Shown: positions 1 to 13,700 of the stretch, piece after piece
Position numbering within the stretch: the first letter of the stretch is position 1
Layout: each line of letters starts with the position of its first letter
Source of the DNA: Yuukianura sp. NJ FZ-2021
Lineage: Eukaryota
Reading direction: 5' to 3'
DNA: 64,000 bases
NCBI GenBank assembly: GCA_046563655.1
Contig: CM102287.1
Coordinates: 8,866,001-8,930,000, forward strand
Position numbers and translations under genes: made by a program
The notes under the pieces: model-generated
Told to the model about the DNA's origin: nothing
Seen by the model: the letters and a program-made list of their open reading frames with translations, nothing else
Databases searched by the model: none

Positions 1-3000
1 CACTCTTCGAGATAAGGACGATGGATTCCTTACTATTCAGCAACATGTTTTAAATAAGGACTTTACCAAGGTCTTTGCCATACTCAAGGTAAGTTCAACT
101 AATCTTGTGTCCCTAGTTAGTTATGGCGTTAAAATCATCGTTCATTTTATAATTTAGACCTTGCATGGAGTTGATGACGATTTGGCCTGGCATAAAAAAG
201 TGGGCAATGTTATAAGTGAAAGCTTTGCTGAAACTGATGTCGCATGGGATCAAAATGACAAAGAGCCGGTTTTGGGTATCATGGAACATTTCATGGAATG
301 GCTAAATAAGGCTCCAGCTGAATTTTCCTCCTTGACCGTGTTCGTGCTCATTTTTCATGCTAACAGACGACTGCTTCGAACAGCGGTAATCATATTAGCT
401 TTTGACCAAGTTACTTTTCAAGTCTCACAGTCTAGTTTGCTTTTAGGGGACGTGGGATTACCAACTACAATCTAGACTACTTGACCTTATATGTCATGTC
501 AAGTTCCCCAGTGGCGAAGATTACGCACATAGGATTAGGTCCTTTAGAAGCACTATGTATGCAGTTACTTGGAACCAGATGAGAGAGAATTTCAAGACCA
601 TAGATCAGTACACGAAGACGGAAATGATGATCATGTCATGCCGTTGGCTGATGTTTGACTCGATGGAGAACATTACGAAAGTTGGCAAGAAGTTTTCCGG
701 CACTGTTGCAGGGTGTATTACTGCCAAACCTGATGCTAATATGAACGTTTTGATACTGACACTTCTGACTGACATATGCACCGATTACGGAAACATGTTA
801 GAGAAGGTTAGTTTTTTTGTTTATTTGAATTTGAAAAGTTATGTATCAGTTAAATATACTAATCCTGCAATTGTTAACTCGTCTCGTCATGTTTCGGCAG
901 GAAATTGGCCAGGGATCAATTAAACTTGGAAATATCACAGGGAAATGCATACTCAGTCAAGCTCTAGTGGAATTTGCCTTTGGTTGTTTGATGATTGCTC
1001 AACGCTCAAGCGATTCAACCATTGCGTCTGTGATGCTAGAGGGATTACTTAATGTTTGCTATGACCACTTCAGCACCGTATTCCTTCGAGTATTGGAAGC
1101 TCAAATGCGCCTTGTAATCCAAGTATTTGAGGAGATTTACGACAAGAAGCCAGTATGTGTTGCTGCACAGAAACTACAATCACTTCGTACGACGCTTTTG
1201 CCTAAACTTCATAGCCCTAAAGGTAATTGAAACACGTTCATAAACTGCTTATCCTTTGGGTAAAATGTGATTCTTATATTTTTCAATAGGTTCGGGAGAA
1301 TTAGCATCCGATCTTCTGACATGTTTCTTTCAAGCCATCGTATCCTCACCTCCGTGGCGTCCAGACAAACGTTGCGAGGATATGACAGTGGAGCATGTGG
1401 CCAAGTTAGCCACTGAACTTGTTACTCTTCTACCGGAACAGAATCGCATCAAGTTGAGTAGAACGGTAAACATGAAGGTTAATATTGGTCCAGACGTTGT
1501 GGTAAATTACATCATCTTTATCATTCGTATCGTTGCGGACAAATTGAGCCGAGAGACATGCTACATTTCAAAGATTATGGTTCCAATTCGGAAGTGTATG
1601 GACTCTTTGTCAGAGTTTATACCTCAATTGGGATCAGGGGATTCCTCTACTGACATAAATTACGATATCGGTAAGTGACAAAGCCCAAAACAATGCGGTA
1701 TGTGGTATGTTTTTGAAACTGTTTGGCCTGAACTGTTGTTTTTTTTTTGTTATTATTTACAGGTCACTCTTTCTATAATCTCTCAACTGCTCTCCAAAAA
1801 GCTGGAAGGTACGAGGAGTCCCTGGACATTTGTAAAAAGTGTGTCGAGAGTTTCACTAGTTTACCGAAGGAGAAGCTTACTGTAAGTTCAGCAACACACG
1901 TTTATGCAATGCTTGCCCATATTGTAGTTTGCATATGGTAATGATTTCGTTATAAACTTGGTTTTTGTTGTTTAGATGCACCCACACTTTTACTGCAACA
2001 TCATGACACAGACGTATTTGAAACTTGAAGAGCATGAAGCAGGTTTGGATTGGCTATCGAAATGGCTCCTTGAAAATCCGGCGACACTTGATGAGCATGT
2101 CGGATCGTTTGACCTGTTCAACTTACCGTCGTGTTCTGAAGAATGGAGTGCACAGTGGGTTCGAGTCAAGTACGAAGCGAAAAGTTCCGCAATTCAGGTG
2201 AAATATAACGGCGTAAATGCTAATAATATATTGCAAACGTGATATTTCGAAATCATATCATGAACTTCATAGCTGTGTAAACAATGTAATGATGTGGATT
2301 TTAATTTATTTGGTTTTAGCAACTAACTGTATACGAATTTTTAAACGGAGTTCCCGGAAGCGAAGAGATTATGAACGCAGCGCTCCTGCTCGAACTTAAT
2401 TCCTACTTGAGCTGCAAGTGTGTCCTTGGAGATGCAATTGCCACAGTTGGGGAGCACTTGGCTGACATTGGGAGAGATGCTTGTGAAAAGGCGCTTGGAC
2501 ATTTGGCTCAAGCGATTGGATTTTCATGGGATGACAAAGACACTAATGAAGAAGCCTGCATTCGGAGCTGTGAATATGCGCTAGAACTGTTGAACAATGC
2601 AATAGAGGTAAGAGCTCAACCAAAGGAATGTCCGTCCACAAGACTAACACAAAACACATTGTACTTTTAGTACATTGGATTTAAAACGTTTGTTTTCTTA
2701 TAGGAGGAGAAAAATGGCATGGAAAATCCGCAACTGTTGATTATGTGTGCAATTGCAAAAGCTTGGTTAGCATTCTGCTACATGAAGCGATTAGGTACCA
2801 TTGTGAAGGTAATGCAATACTTACGTAATTTTCATCTTACTACAACTTTGAAAACTGGATGTTGTTGATTATCAGTTCTAACAACTCAATATAACTTGGC
2901 CTTTTTGAACACATAGATGGACCTTGAATCACTCCAGGACGAAGAAAAAGAGAACGATCCGAAACAAGCCGTTGAAAATAAAGGACACGATCCTGAACCG

Positions 3001-5471
3001 GATCCCGACCGAATTGTTCCTGGAATTTCGTCACTGGACTTGAACAATGAACATGAGTTTGCTACACTCCTCATGTCATGTATTGATTCGCTGTTCACAA
3101 TAATTTCTTTTGAGGTACGTTAATTTTTGTAACATAATGTAAAAATTATCAATTCACTACGTAATTTGAGAAGACTTGTACCTGTACTAACTACCAATGC
3201 GTTTCTTAGGAAAGCGAGGTCAAAAAGTGGCTAGACATTTGTCCAGCACTTATTCTCCTCACGGCTCGTCTGTGTGCCTACAAGGTCGCTGCTCTTAATG
3301 AAACGTTCTCTGCAATTCGGGCATGGCACGTCTGTTATGTCATGGCTAAACTTTATAATAGAAAATACATCCAACTACTCGGTAAGAATTTTAGTGGTTA
3401 GTTTTTGCTTTATACTTGGCGTGGAGATAATTTTTTTCTTTATAACAGCTGGAATTGAGCTTTGCAAACTGACGTCTTTGGACTCCGTTCCACCGCTTGA
3501 GGAGCTGGAAGAACTGATTGCGTTTGGAGCTAGCAAGGGAGCTAAGAATTACATGCCGCCAGCATTCTTTGCTCGACTCGATTTGCTCCGGGCTACGGTT
3601 GCACTAAGGAACAAAAACGTAAGCAAGTACATCAAAATTGTAAGATAGTCCATTCAATTGACTTGGTTTGTCCTTTCATTCATACTCAGTACTCCGTGGG
3701 AGTCAAACACTTGACAAAAGTTCTTACGCATCGAACAGAAAAGTCTAACCTAGATGCAACGCATCTCGTATTCGCCGAAGTGTATTTTCTACTTGCTCAG
3801 TACCGCATTGCTCAAGAATCAAATAATTTTTCACTCCAATCTATTGAAACGGATCTGGCTCATCTAACTCCAAGTGCTCTCATAGTTCAGGCTTACAAGC
3901 TCTGCATTGGAATCATTCGACCACCCAATCCAGCATCCTCAGGTATCGTATTGTGGTACAACGGATCCGTAATTTAAAAGATGGTTTTGCAGTAATTCAC
4001 TCGCCAAAACGTATATTTTAGGATGGCAAGATCTATTTTACAATCAACAGCTGATGCTAGTCCTATTTGAATATATGCCAAAATCTCTGGAAATATTCAA
4101 GGAAGCAGGCAACGTCAAGGAACTCATGTCTTACGGTTCAGATCTGATTCTCCTTTCACAATGTTTTGGATTCATCTCACGGTAACAGACATTTGCTTAG
4201 CAAATCTTCAAGTTTAGTTTCTTACGTTAGTTTAATTTAACTCAATTGGTTCGTTGTTTTGTAGATCAATGGAGCTTCTGTTAGCCCTAGCCGAAGCCGA
4301 CATACTGAGCAGACAATTTGAAACGGCAGATGAAAAAGTTGATGCAATTTACAGAATGATTTCGAATTCGGATGTCTATATGGGCGTTCACCGAGTCGAA
4401 ATGAGCAAAGAATCTCTAGCTCAAATGTTTAAAAAATATGAAACCACTACTAAAATAACGGTAAACTAATTCAGTTTCTTCTAAAACTTTGAATACAAAT
4501 GGCTAAAGTTGTAAAGAAAAAAAAACGTTTTGATTATAGATTCCAAATGTGATGCCGCATTTAAAAATTAACCTTCAAAGGCCAGAGACGATTAGCACTG
4601 AATTGGAGTCTAAGCCTGGAACGTTTGCAGAACCAAAGTCACCAACACTAATGCCACGGATGATGAGTCTTCCAAAATATTTATTTCATGGCATTAGTTG
4701 TTCATGCTACGTCTGTCTTCATCCGAAAATTATTCCGAACACTATCAAGTTTTTTCAAATGCTGGTGAGTATATTGAAAAAATTATCAATTTTGTTTTCA
4801 TCTTGTGCTGTTAGTATTAACTCGGCTTTTGGATTGAATTTTAGATCCGGATTGCAGCGTATACGAACGACCCCAAAACGGCAATGCTAATTGTCCCTGT
4901 CGTTAGAGTTCATCACAACAAAGCTTGCTTTCGTATTGTGTCGCATTTTGAAAGGATGACTCAAAGACTGTCACAAGCTTTTCAGGTGAAAAGTGTCGGA
5001 CGAGAAGCTCTTGAACGGGCATATTTGCCGTTCTTTTATGAACCGGGTATGTCAAATCATTTTTAGTATTTATAAGTTCATATTTAAGTACTTTTTTATT
5101 TGACGATTGATTTGTTTTAAGGAATTCACCTCCTCTACACCATGGCTGAATTCGCACCAGTCTCTGAAATAGAATTTATTATCAAGTGTGCAGAGAAAAT
5201 CAAAGCGGGACTGGAGTTGTCCCAAGAGACGGATGCTATAGCCAAATTGGGACCACTGGAACTCGTTACTGCTGCATTGTTTGAACACTATTTTGCAAAA
5301 AGGGACAGCAACCTTATTCGGAGTAAGTGAAATGTTTTTGTTTGTGGTTTGCAATCTCCAGCTCTCAATGATATTTCTGAACAATGTATTGTAACTTTTA
5401 GTAATTCGATACTTTTATTTTTAGAATCAGACATTCGAACCGTCTTACAGCAAGTTGTTGGGAATCCGTGA
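1..5471 (+). CDS. ESPL1: Separase (ESPL1) N-terminal regulatory region / Three-rows-like protein, multi-exon, 5' end outside the window
   Basis: About 20 short-intron exons of helical, TPR-like sequence. The exon at ~4540-4765 has KSPTLMPRMMSLPKYLFHGISCSCYVCLHP, matching the separase SP...P.FL.H...C.C..C..P motif from memory. After the last acceptor (~5424) all three frames stop by ~5560, and AATAAA lies at ~5894. Confidence 0.6.
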
Positions 5472-6044
5472 AGCCTATGTTCAATTAGCCAACAGAATGA
5501 AAACTACGCAATATGGATGGAGAGAGATCACTTTACATTAACTCATGTCAACTATTAATTGGCATTTGGCATGTCGCCTACGCTAGACATTGATACCTGC
5601 TGGATGCCGGAATCAAGTTATTTTTACTGCTGAGATTTTACAGACATTGACTTTTTATACTATTTTTATATGTACACACGAATCCAGTGTCCAACTCTCA
5701 AAACCGTTTCCTCTTTTTAGTAATTAATTATTATGAAACGTAATTTAATTTTTGACTCGAAACTTGTTAGTTTTTAGTGGTAAACTTCTAACTGCAACTT
5801 AGCTGTTGCTCAGAAATGGAGTTTTCTTCATAAACTTGTTTAGAATTTTTGTCATTTGCGTCGTTTGAATATTGCAATTAATTGAAACAAGAAAATAAAT
5901 CTGACTGTCATTGCTTTCTGCTTTGGACGAGTTAATTTACAATTTGAGAGTACGACAGTGCACCAAACTAAAACGTTTAGCAATGTTTTTGCGAAAAATT
6001 TGCACTAAATTGTGCTAAGTATTGTTTTGCAACGTCAACTGAGC

Positions 6045-7247
6045 GGTAGAGCGGCAGGAAGTACTAAAAACTTAGAATTTTTAGAAATTTCGAAACAGGA
6101 AGACTGGGCATAGAATTGTGTCTTTGAGTGAAATTCAAGAATTGTGATCGGAGATTATGCGGAGCAAAGAGGCAGGTAGGCTCCGTCCTTTGTTCACTGC
6201 AGGAAAGGCGAGTTGCGGGAAAAAGTTCAAGGAGGGCAGAGAGAGGAACCTTTTTGGTCCGCATAATCTCCTGTCAACCCGGACCGGCTCCCAGGATCTT
6301 CCTTAACAAAACAATACAAAAATCTCTCTCCAAAATTGGTAAAACTTTGAAAATCTAAATCTCAGGAACTGAATGCAGTAGAGGGCTCATCTCTTCGCTA
6401 CTAAACTCAGAACAGTTTAAAGTATTTTTTAAATTTAAAAAACGTCAAAAGTAATTCAAAAACGTCAAAAAAATTTCGATATATTTTTGAAAAAATTGGG
6501 TAAACGAGGGTGCTGTCGTGCTGTTTTAAAAAATATTTTCGTAAGAAATTACTCGGAATATTGCTTTGCAAAGTGAGCCGGCCGATATGATTGCAGAAAT
6601 CACTGCAAAGTTGAAATTTAAAAAAAAAAAAAAAATTCTAAAGACGGAACAGAGGCTCCCTTGTACGGACATGAAAAAGTTGAGAGAAAAAGTGACCATT
6701 TTTGAATGGATTAATCCCCAAACTTTTTCTCCATTCAAACTTATTTCCATACAAAAGAATTCAAAATTCAAAAAAACTTTGAAAATTCGTATCTCCAGAA
6801 CAGAATGTGTGAGAAAGCTGAGATGCATGCGAAATGATGTTTTGCAAAGTGATCCGGCCGATAGGGTCACACAAATCGCAACAAAGTTACAATTTTTAAC
6901 ATTTTTGCAAAGTTGCAAAAACTTTCTTTTTCGAATTATGAACGATTTAAAATTTTGCAAAAAATACTTTAGACTATTCTGCATTCACTCGCTAAGAGAT
7001 AAAATCTGTAGAGCGTTTCGTTCCAAAGATATGAATTTTTAAAGATTTTTTATTTTTTGAATTTTCGAAAGAGAATTGCTGTGAGAAGTTGATGTCCTCT
7101 CTCTGGAAAACTGTCCGGAGCTATGCGGGGATCGTACGGGTCAGAAAGGCTCCCTGCCCTTTTTCCTCCCATTAACTTTTTCCCACGACTAAAATTTTCT
7201 TCCACAGCGAAGGGCAGCCTGCCTCTTCCCGCCGTACGATAGCCTAA
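6045..7247. mobile_element. Non-autonomous repeat with degenerate inverted arms (foldback/Helentron-like)
   Basis: CGGCAGGAAG (~6052) is inverted against CTTCCCGCCG (~7226). There is an imperfect inverted match of ~6234-6285 to ~7114-7160, and an internal direct repeat TTGCAAAGTGA.CCGGCCGATA at ~6567 and ~6842. No credible ORF. Confidence 0.45.
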
Positions 7248-7598
7248 TTGAAATCTACCAAATTCATAACTAGGAATAAGAGCTTTCCATTTTATATTTT
7301 CTTAATCGCGGCTGTATTAATTCAATTCTACGTATCAGGTAAAGTTGTTTATTTCATTACTAAAATTACAAGTGTTGTATTTATAGGTAAAGTAATTAAA
7401 CTTCAAACTTTACATGCGTCACGGTCTTATCGTTAAAAAATTCGGTTTTTTTGTTAATTCGGTGTAATTTTCAAGTTGTTTTGTTAAGGGTGATCTCCGA
7501 TGGTTCAGTAATCACCTCCAAGATCACAGTCGTCACTGACTGTATCATCCCCAGATTAGCTTCAAGTTCGGATATTTCCGGCAGTACATTTTGCTGGA

Positions 7599-10500
7599 TT
7601 AGGCTGGACTAGTTTTGATGATGGGTCTAACTTCCTTCATTTCAAGGAGTGTTTGTCCATTTTTGTGGAAATGCTTCTGTTGCTGGGTCTTCTGATGGAC
7701 GAGGTATCCCTGTCGAAACGCCGTTGTGAGTTGAGTTGTCGGAGAGTTGACAGAGGTACGCTTCCAGCTCGAGTTGGACCCAACGGAGGATGCTCGTAGT
7801 GACTTCGTCTCTTGTGACTGTGACCTCGCATACTTCGTTGAGAACCTGGAAAGTCACAGAGGGTTCTACACCAGTCAAAATAGGAAAATCGGTTCTGAGT
7901 TGATTCAATTTTTCTCACCCCCGTTCTAGTTCCGGCGGAAGCGGCTCAACACATCCCCAACAACATCTTTTCCCAATGTCGTAACGCATCCTTTTGAGAG
8001 CAGCCTGGAAATAAAGAGACAACAACAAATTTTAAAGGTGAACGTTTCACTAAAGCTTGTCTAAAAATAAATGTAGATTCGATTTCCGACTGGAGCTCAA
8101 AGTTCACTTGAATTTGATTATTCTCGAAACTAGGAAAAACTTGAAAGTTTTTATGATGTGAAACTTGTGAATTGAAGTATGGAGAAAAATGTGCAAAAAG
8201 CTCTTAGAAAACTTCCAAGTAAAACCCAAATAACTTTCTCCCACTTTCAGGTTTTACTAGGAAAAAGTTCTGCAACATTAGCAATTTACCATGTTCATTT
8301 TCGGCATCTCTTTTCATTTAATTTAGCATCTTCAAATCACTCTCTCAAACTTTTTACACGAAAGTGGAAAATGAAGATCTTTAAACACTTTTTAAGAGCC
8401 ATTTTTTGAAAAACGAATAAAACTTGTCAAATTGAGTTGAGCAGAGCCCAACAAAACTTTGGCACAAACGTGATTGACTGAGGCCACAACTTTACTCGGA
8501 GGGAAATGGGAAAACCTCTGTTCCTCTTCAAACAATATCAACAGTTGAAAATTGAGACGAGGACAGCAGCCTTATGTTTTAAAACCAAGTTTTCAAAATT
8601 AATTTTCTTTCAAAACACAGTTTTGAAAGAAAGGTGACTTCATATTTATTTTTTTGAAAAGAGTTTCATTAGTAAGAGTACCTGGATATCGGCCATTCGA
8701 GCAGCGTAGATGACAGGATCGACGAGAGCTTTGAGAATGACAAGAGTGTTGACAAGAATTCCCCAAGAAACTCGAACTGTATGCGGTACCTGTTACGAAA
8801 AGTTCAACATTTCAGAAATTTTTGGGAAATAAAAATAATAATGATTTTCTTCCATTTCAACTTACGAGATTGATCAGGACGATACAATTTTTGCAAACGA
8901 CAATGTTGAAGAGCGTTGCAGGTAAAAAGCCCAGCATGTACGTCCCCAGAATCAAGATGGTAGTGATGATGGCCTTCACATTTCGTTTTAGCTGCACCGA
9001 ACTCTAAAAACATGAAAAGAAATGAGTTTTTGTTCATTTTATTTTGAATTCTGCGAAACTGCAAAAAGGCTTTAACCCTAGGGGTGTTCCATTGTTATTA
9101 TAACATCCGAAACGACTTTGTTCAACGAAATTCAGGGTAATTAAAATTCGAGTTATTATATTCTTCATGATGTCTATTTTAAGTTGAAGTGACCCATTTA
9201 TTCGTAATTTATAAATATAATGAAAAAGCTCTAGGAATTAATGGAAGTTGAATTCAAAGAACATAGAACATGAAGGCCAGGTTTGGTCAGCAGTAAACAA
9301 CATCAAAAGAACCGTTGAACTCCAGATTCAGTATTTGTCTAGTCACCGCCTGGATTTTTGTGAAACTTCAAAAGAACCAGCGGAACTGCTCACTTTCTCT
9401 TTTGTAAATTAAAGCTAAATTGACCTTTCTTTTGATCCAGACGCTTTCATTTTCTCAGGATTTGCATATCTTGCACTTCTGCACTTTTGCTTATGCAAGC
9501 GTATTGTCTATCTGAAGATGAATCTCAAAACTTCTGAAAACTCTTGTCACTTCGATAACACTTCACTCAAGGATCAAAGTTCGAGAATGCAGACAAAAAT
9601 GTGGGTTACCTGGTAGCGAAGTCTGTGGTTCTGATGATTTCGGACGATCGAGAAGATGTGGACGTAGATGAGTACCATTAGGAACAGGGGCGCGAAGAAC
9701 AGTGACGCAAAAACACCACGGAACGCTCGCTCTTCCAAAAATTCCCAATGTTCACATCGTGTCGATAAAAAGCCAACGTCTTTCGTCGATGAAAATATCA
9801 AAAACATGAGCAGGATAGGAGAAATCCAGGAGGTCAAGATCACTATCCATGCTGTTCGACGAGTCTGAAACAGGAACAGATCAAAGTATAGATTTCATCA
9901 AAATTTTGACATTTTAATTACATTTTTTTTTAAATTATTGAGATTTTCACCATTGTAGCTGCGTAGTGCAGAGGACGCACGATCCCAATCCAGTGGTTGA
10001 TGGCGAGTGCTAGAAGATGGACATTTGAAACCAGAATTCCGCCAAGACTGAAATAAAAAAAAAATCCGTATATTTCGAAATATGAAGAAAATGCAGTTTC
10101 AATATTTTTAAAAAATGCTGTTTACCGAAAGACTTCAAAAGTGAGGTTGAAGCAATCTGAGGGGAGGTTAATCTTGTAGACGTTTGGTAGGTACGAATTT
10201 AAAACCAATCCAAGGCCTACGAGCAGGGTTGAGTAGGCATCAGCCAGAGCCTGCAAAATCAAATTTCAAAAGCAATGAAATTTTTGAAAATCGAGATCAT
10301 AAAATAGGTTAGGAATGAGAAACGCGTAAATGCATTTTGCAATAGATCAAATTTCAGAAAGGGAGCAGAGAGAATGTATTAAATTTGGTATATTTAGTAT
10401 TAACATACGAGTGAAATTGAAAAGTAGAGCGTAGGTGACATCGGACGACGACACCAGTGAGCGGCCACTACAATGACCAGGTTGACAACAACCGTGACGA

Positions 10501-10750
10501 GACAGAAAAAACACATGATGGGCACTGCTATGGTGTAGAGTGATCCAGCAGTTTCTGCCAATTCTCCGCTAATAGTTTCGTTACTGGCCAAATCCATTTC
10601 TTTGACTTCGTAACTAGAAAAATTGAAAAATGGAGACAGAGATGTGGGTGGGGAAATGGAAGTCGTCTGTTGCGTAGTCGACGCGGTCGTTTCTACATGT
10701 GATTTATGGCGATGGTCATGGCGCAAGTGCAGTTCGTTCCATTCGCTCAT
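7599..10750 (-). CDS. Orphan rhodopsin-family (class A) GPCR, ~8 coding exons
   Basis: Spliced exons give seven TM segments: VVVNLVIV, LALADAY, LALAINHWIGIVRPLHY, TSWISP, LFFAPLFLMVLIY, YMLGFLP, LVDPVIYAAR. A Ser-rich tail follows a predicted 72-bp intron at ~7847-7918. Confidence 0.85.
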
Positions 10751-13700
10751 CCTACCTTGTCCCTAGAAAACAAAACAATCACTATAAAAAATAATAAAAC
10801 AAGATCTGTAATAGATTATAATATTTGATTATAGTGAAAGTCAATGAAAATCTCGCCCAAGTCTTTCTTGTCCAAGTAAATTGAAAATGCCTGTTCATGA
10901 TTAATGACTTTTCTTCATGAAGTTTTTGTAGATCTTTAGAATCAAACTGATGCACGCTTCTAAATCTAACTTTTCTAAAGTTTTCAAGTTTTCTTCAAAC
11001 TTTAATCAAAATGGCCTTAGCCATTGCGGCTTCAGCCTTTTCGATTAAACTTACACCAAAATTTTGGGAAAACAGACGTTCATTCTGCATGTCAAGAACA
11101 AAACTTGAAAAAGAGAAGTAGAAGAAATTAAAATGAGAAAAAGTACAAAATTTGAGACTGGCGAAGAAATTTTCAAACTATGTTTCCATAAAATTTCGAA
11201 TTAGTAAATTTACTGTACGTCGGTCTCATAATGAGTGCAGTACAAACCTAATGTTTTTTAGAATTAAAAATTGAGCATCCTTTTCAAATTTTTACAAGTT
11301 TTTCAATATCAAAAGTGGAAATTTATGACGCGAAAAGACGTGTCTCTTTTAAGACAGAAACGAGGAGTAAATGGTTCATAATTTTTTGAAAATAAATTTT
11401 TTATATTTTTTGAAGAAAGTTTAAGCCCTCTGGAGAGTAGTTCCACTCTTAAAAGGAGACTTTCACCAAAGCATCTTTTCCACCTTTCGACTTTTTTGAA
11501 ATGTTCAGAAACAAATATTTTTTTTGCCTTAGGAGCATCATTCTCTTGGCGGAAGATCATAATTTTTTTAAGTTCAAGCTCAAGCTTTTTTCATTTTGAA
11601 AAAAGAAAAAAACATCATTCTTTTTTTCGTAACTCCACAGCACATTCAGAATAACAATTTTTCCAAAAATCCATTTTCCACTTGACCCTGGCCCTGGCAG
11701 GTGGTTTTATGGTAGGATTTGTTAAGAAATTACTTTTTGAACTCCGTTCAAACATGAATCTGCTCCCGAAATTGAGAAATGGAATGGTTTTTTTTTCAAA
11801 CTCGTAGTAAAAGAATCTTTAATGCTTTTTCTAAACTGGACTGTATATTTTTCCAATTCCGAACACTCTTACAGCCCAATGCAGCTCCAGTATCCGAACC
11901 AGACTAGACCATCTTACAACTCTCAATAGACTTAAGTCAGTTTGCAAAAAAAAAATGAGCAGCAGGATCCCCTTCATCTTCTTTCTTTTTGCAGGAAGGT
12001 TTTATAAGACTTCTATGAGATTTAGAAAAAAGACTCCATGCGGTGATGAAACGAAAATCATTTCCAGCGGAAAAACTTATTAGGTAAGTTCAAATAAAGC
12101 TTTCACTCTACAAAAAAAAAATCAGTTTTGCTGGTTATGGAAAAAGTGATCAGAAACATCCGCAAAACTCAAACGTATTTTTTCAGTTCACAAAAATAAT
12201 TTTCGCTTATAACTCTCAGTAAGTTTCTGCCCGACTAAAAAATTGACATTCTAAGGAAAACACTCAAAATTTGAAAAAAGGAATCCAAAAACCGAAAATT
12301 AAGAAACAACTTCCGCATGTGTGGGCATGTAACACCACGAGGCACGTCATGCTTGTGTCGTTCACAACACGGCGTTTATGATGTTCTACACTTTACATTT
12401 TCCATTCAGTTCAAAAGGAAGTAATTTACTTTGATAGAGGCTAAATCACCTTCCTGTTTCAGCTTCTCCCTTTTGAGGAAAATAGCAAATGCTGTTGACT
12501 TTTGGTGAAAGTGGAGAAAGGAAAGTGAAATTAAAGGAGGTAGCAGTGCGTTTAAGTCGTATTGACTCAACCATACAAATTCCTGTTGAACTTTGGAAAA
12601 TAGGAGTTCATTAACTGTCATCAAAGGGACGACATAACTTACACCAACAGTGAACAAAGATCAAACAAAAATCGAACCAAAACTAGTTTTCCACCCACTA
12701 CCAACTTAGTCTCAGTAGAGTTTCCTCTTGTTAGGTTTTTAGAAGTTGACTTAACAATTTCAAAGAAATCTAACAATTGAGACTCCAAATTTTCAAACAC
12801 CATTACAAAATTACGAAACTCGTGAACTTAATTTGGCACTAAACTTTCCCTTTAAACTTCACAAAACGATCGTAATGAAACACATTTCAAAAGTTATTAC
12901 GTTTTTTTCCCCTAAACTTGTAAAAGTGACATCTTGCAACGTCTAAAAAAATTTAAACGAAAAAAGGGGAGAGATATGACTTAAGCAAATTCAGAAATTT
13001 TAAAAACAATTTGGTTTTGTTTTTTCATGTCTAGTTTCTGTCTTTCTTTATACACTTTGCCTTGCAAATTTTTTTTTTCTGTTCACTTTATTGAATTCCT
13101 GTTGCAGAAAAATTGCATGGAAAAAGCTCAATTTGCAAAAAATATTACCCACCATATTCTTTCTCCACCGACATAGGAATTTTACAGCGTTATGCAAATC
13201 TTTGCTCTTCTCGCTTTTGAAGAAAAATTGACTTACGAAGACGAAACTCCAATTTAAAAAGTGAAAAGTTTTTCCGGTCGCTTTTCCCCGAGAATTAAGC
13301 GCTGCACCACAATGTAAAAGCTCCACCAACCGGGAAACGAGACTCAAGGACGAAAGAGGTCAAAGGTCAAATTTCTGAAAATTAATGGCGACAAGGGACT
13401 TAACTCCTTCAAGTGTGAACAACTAATCAAGAAATTAATGTGCTGAAGTCTTGTTTGTCGTCAGCGAACTCGTGGATGACTAAAACTCTGAATACCTCTC
13501 CAGCACGAGCAGAACTTCGCAGAATTTTGCATCGTTTGCAAATTCTTTTCGAAATAAAAGACCTTGCAAATTCTTATTAGCGTTCGTAACCTCGCAAACT
13601 CCCAAGGAAAAGCCGTCTCTGTTAAAGTCAAGTAAGAGCACAGTTCAGCAACTCATAAAAGAACAATCAATTTTCCAAAAGTCTACAGACCGTAAAACTT

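Noticed and set aside
6064..7042. ORFs of 66-158 aa on both strands
   Set aside because: They fall inside a repeat element, are K/F-rich from AT bias, and show no domain motifs.
7637..7918. Apparent stop-codon readthrough or frameshift at the GPCR C-terminus (TGA at 7915-7917 followed by open frames)
   Set aside because: A canonical 72-bp GT-AG intron (~7847-7918) removes the TGA and gives a normal Ser-rich tail.
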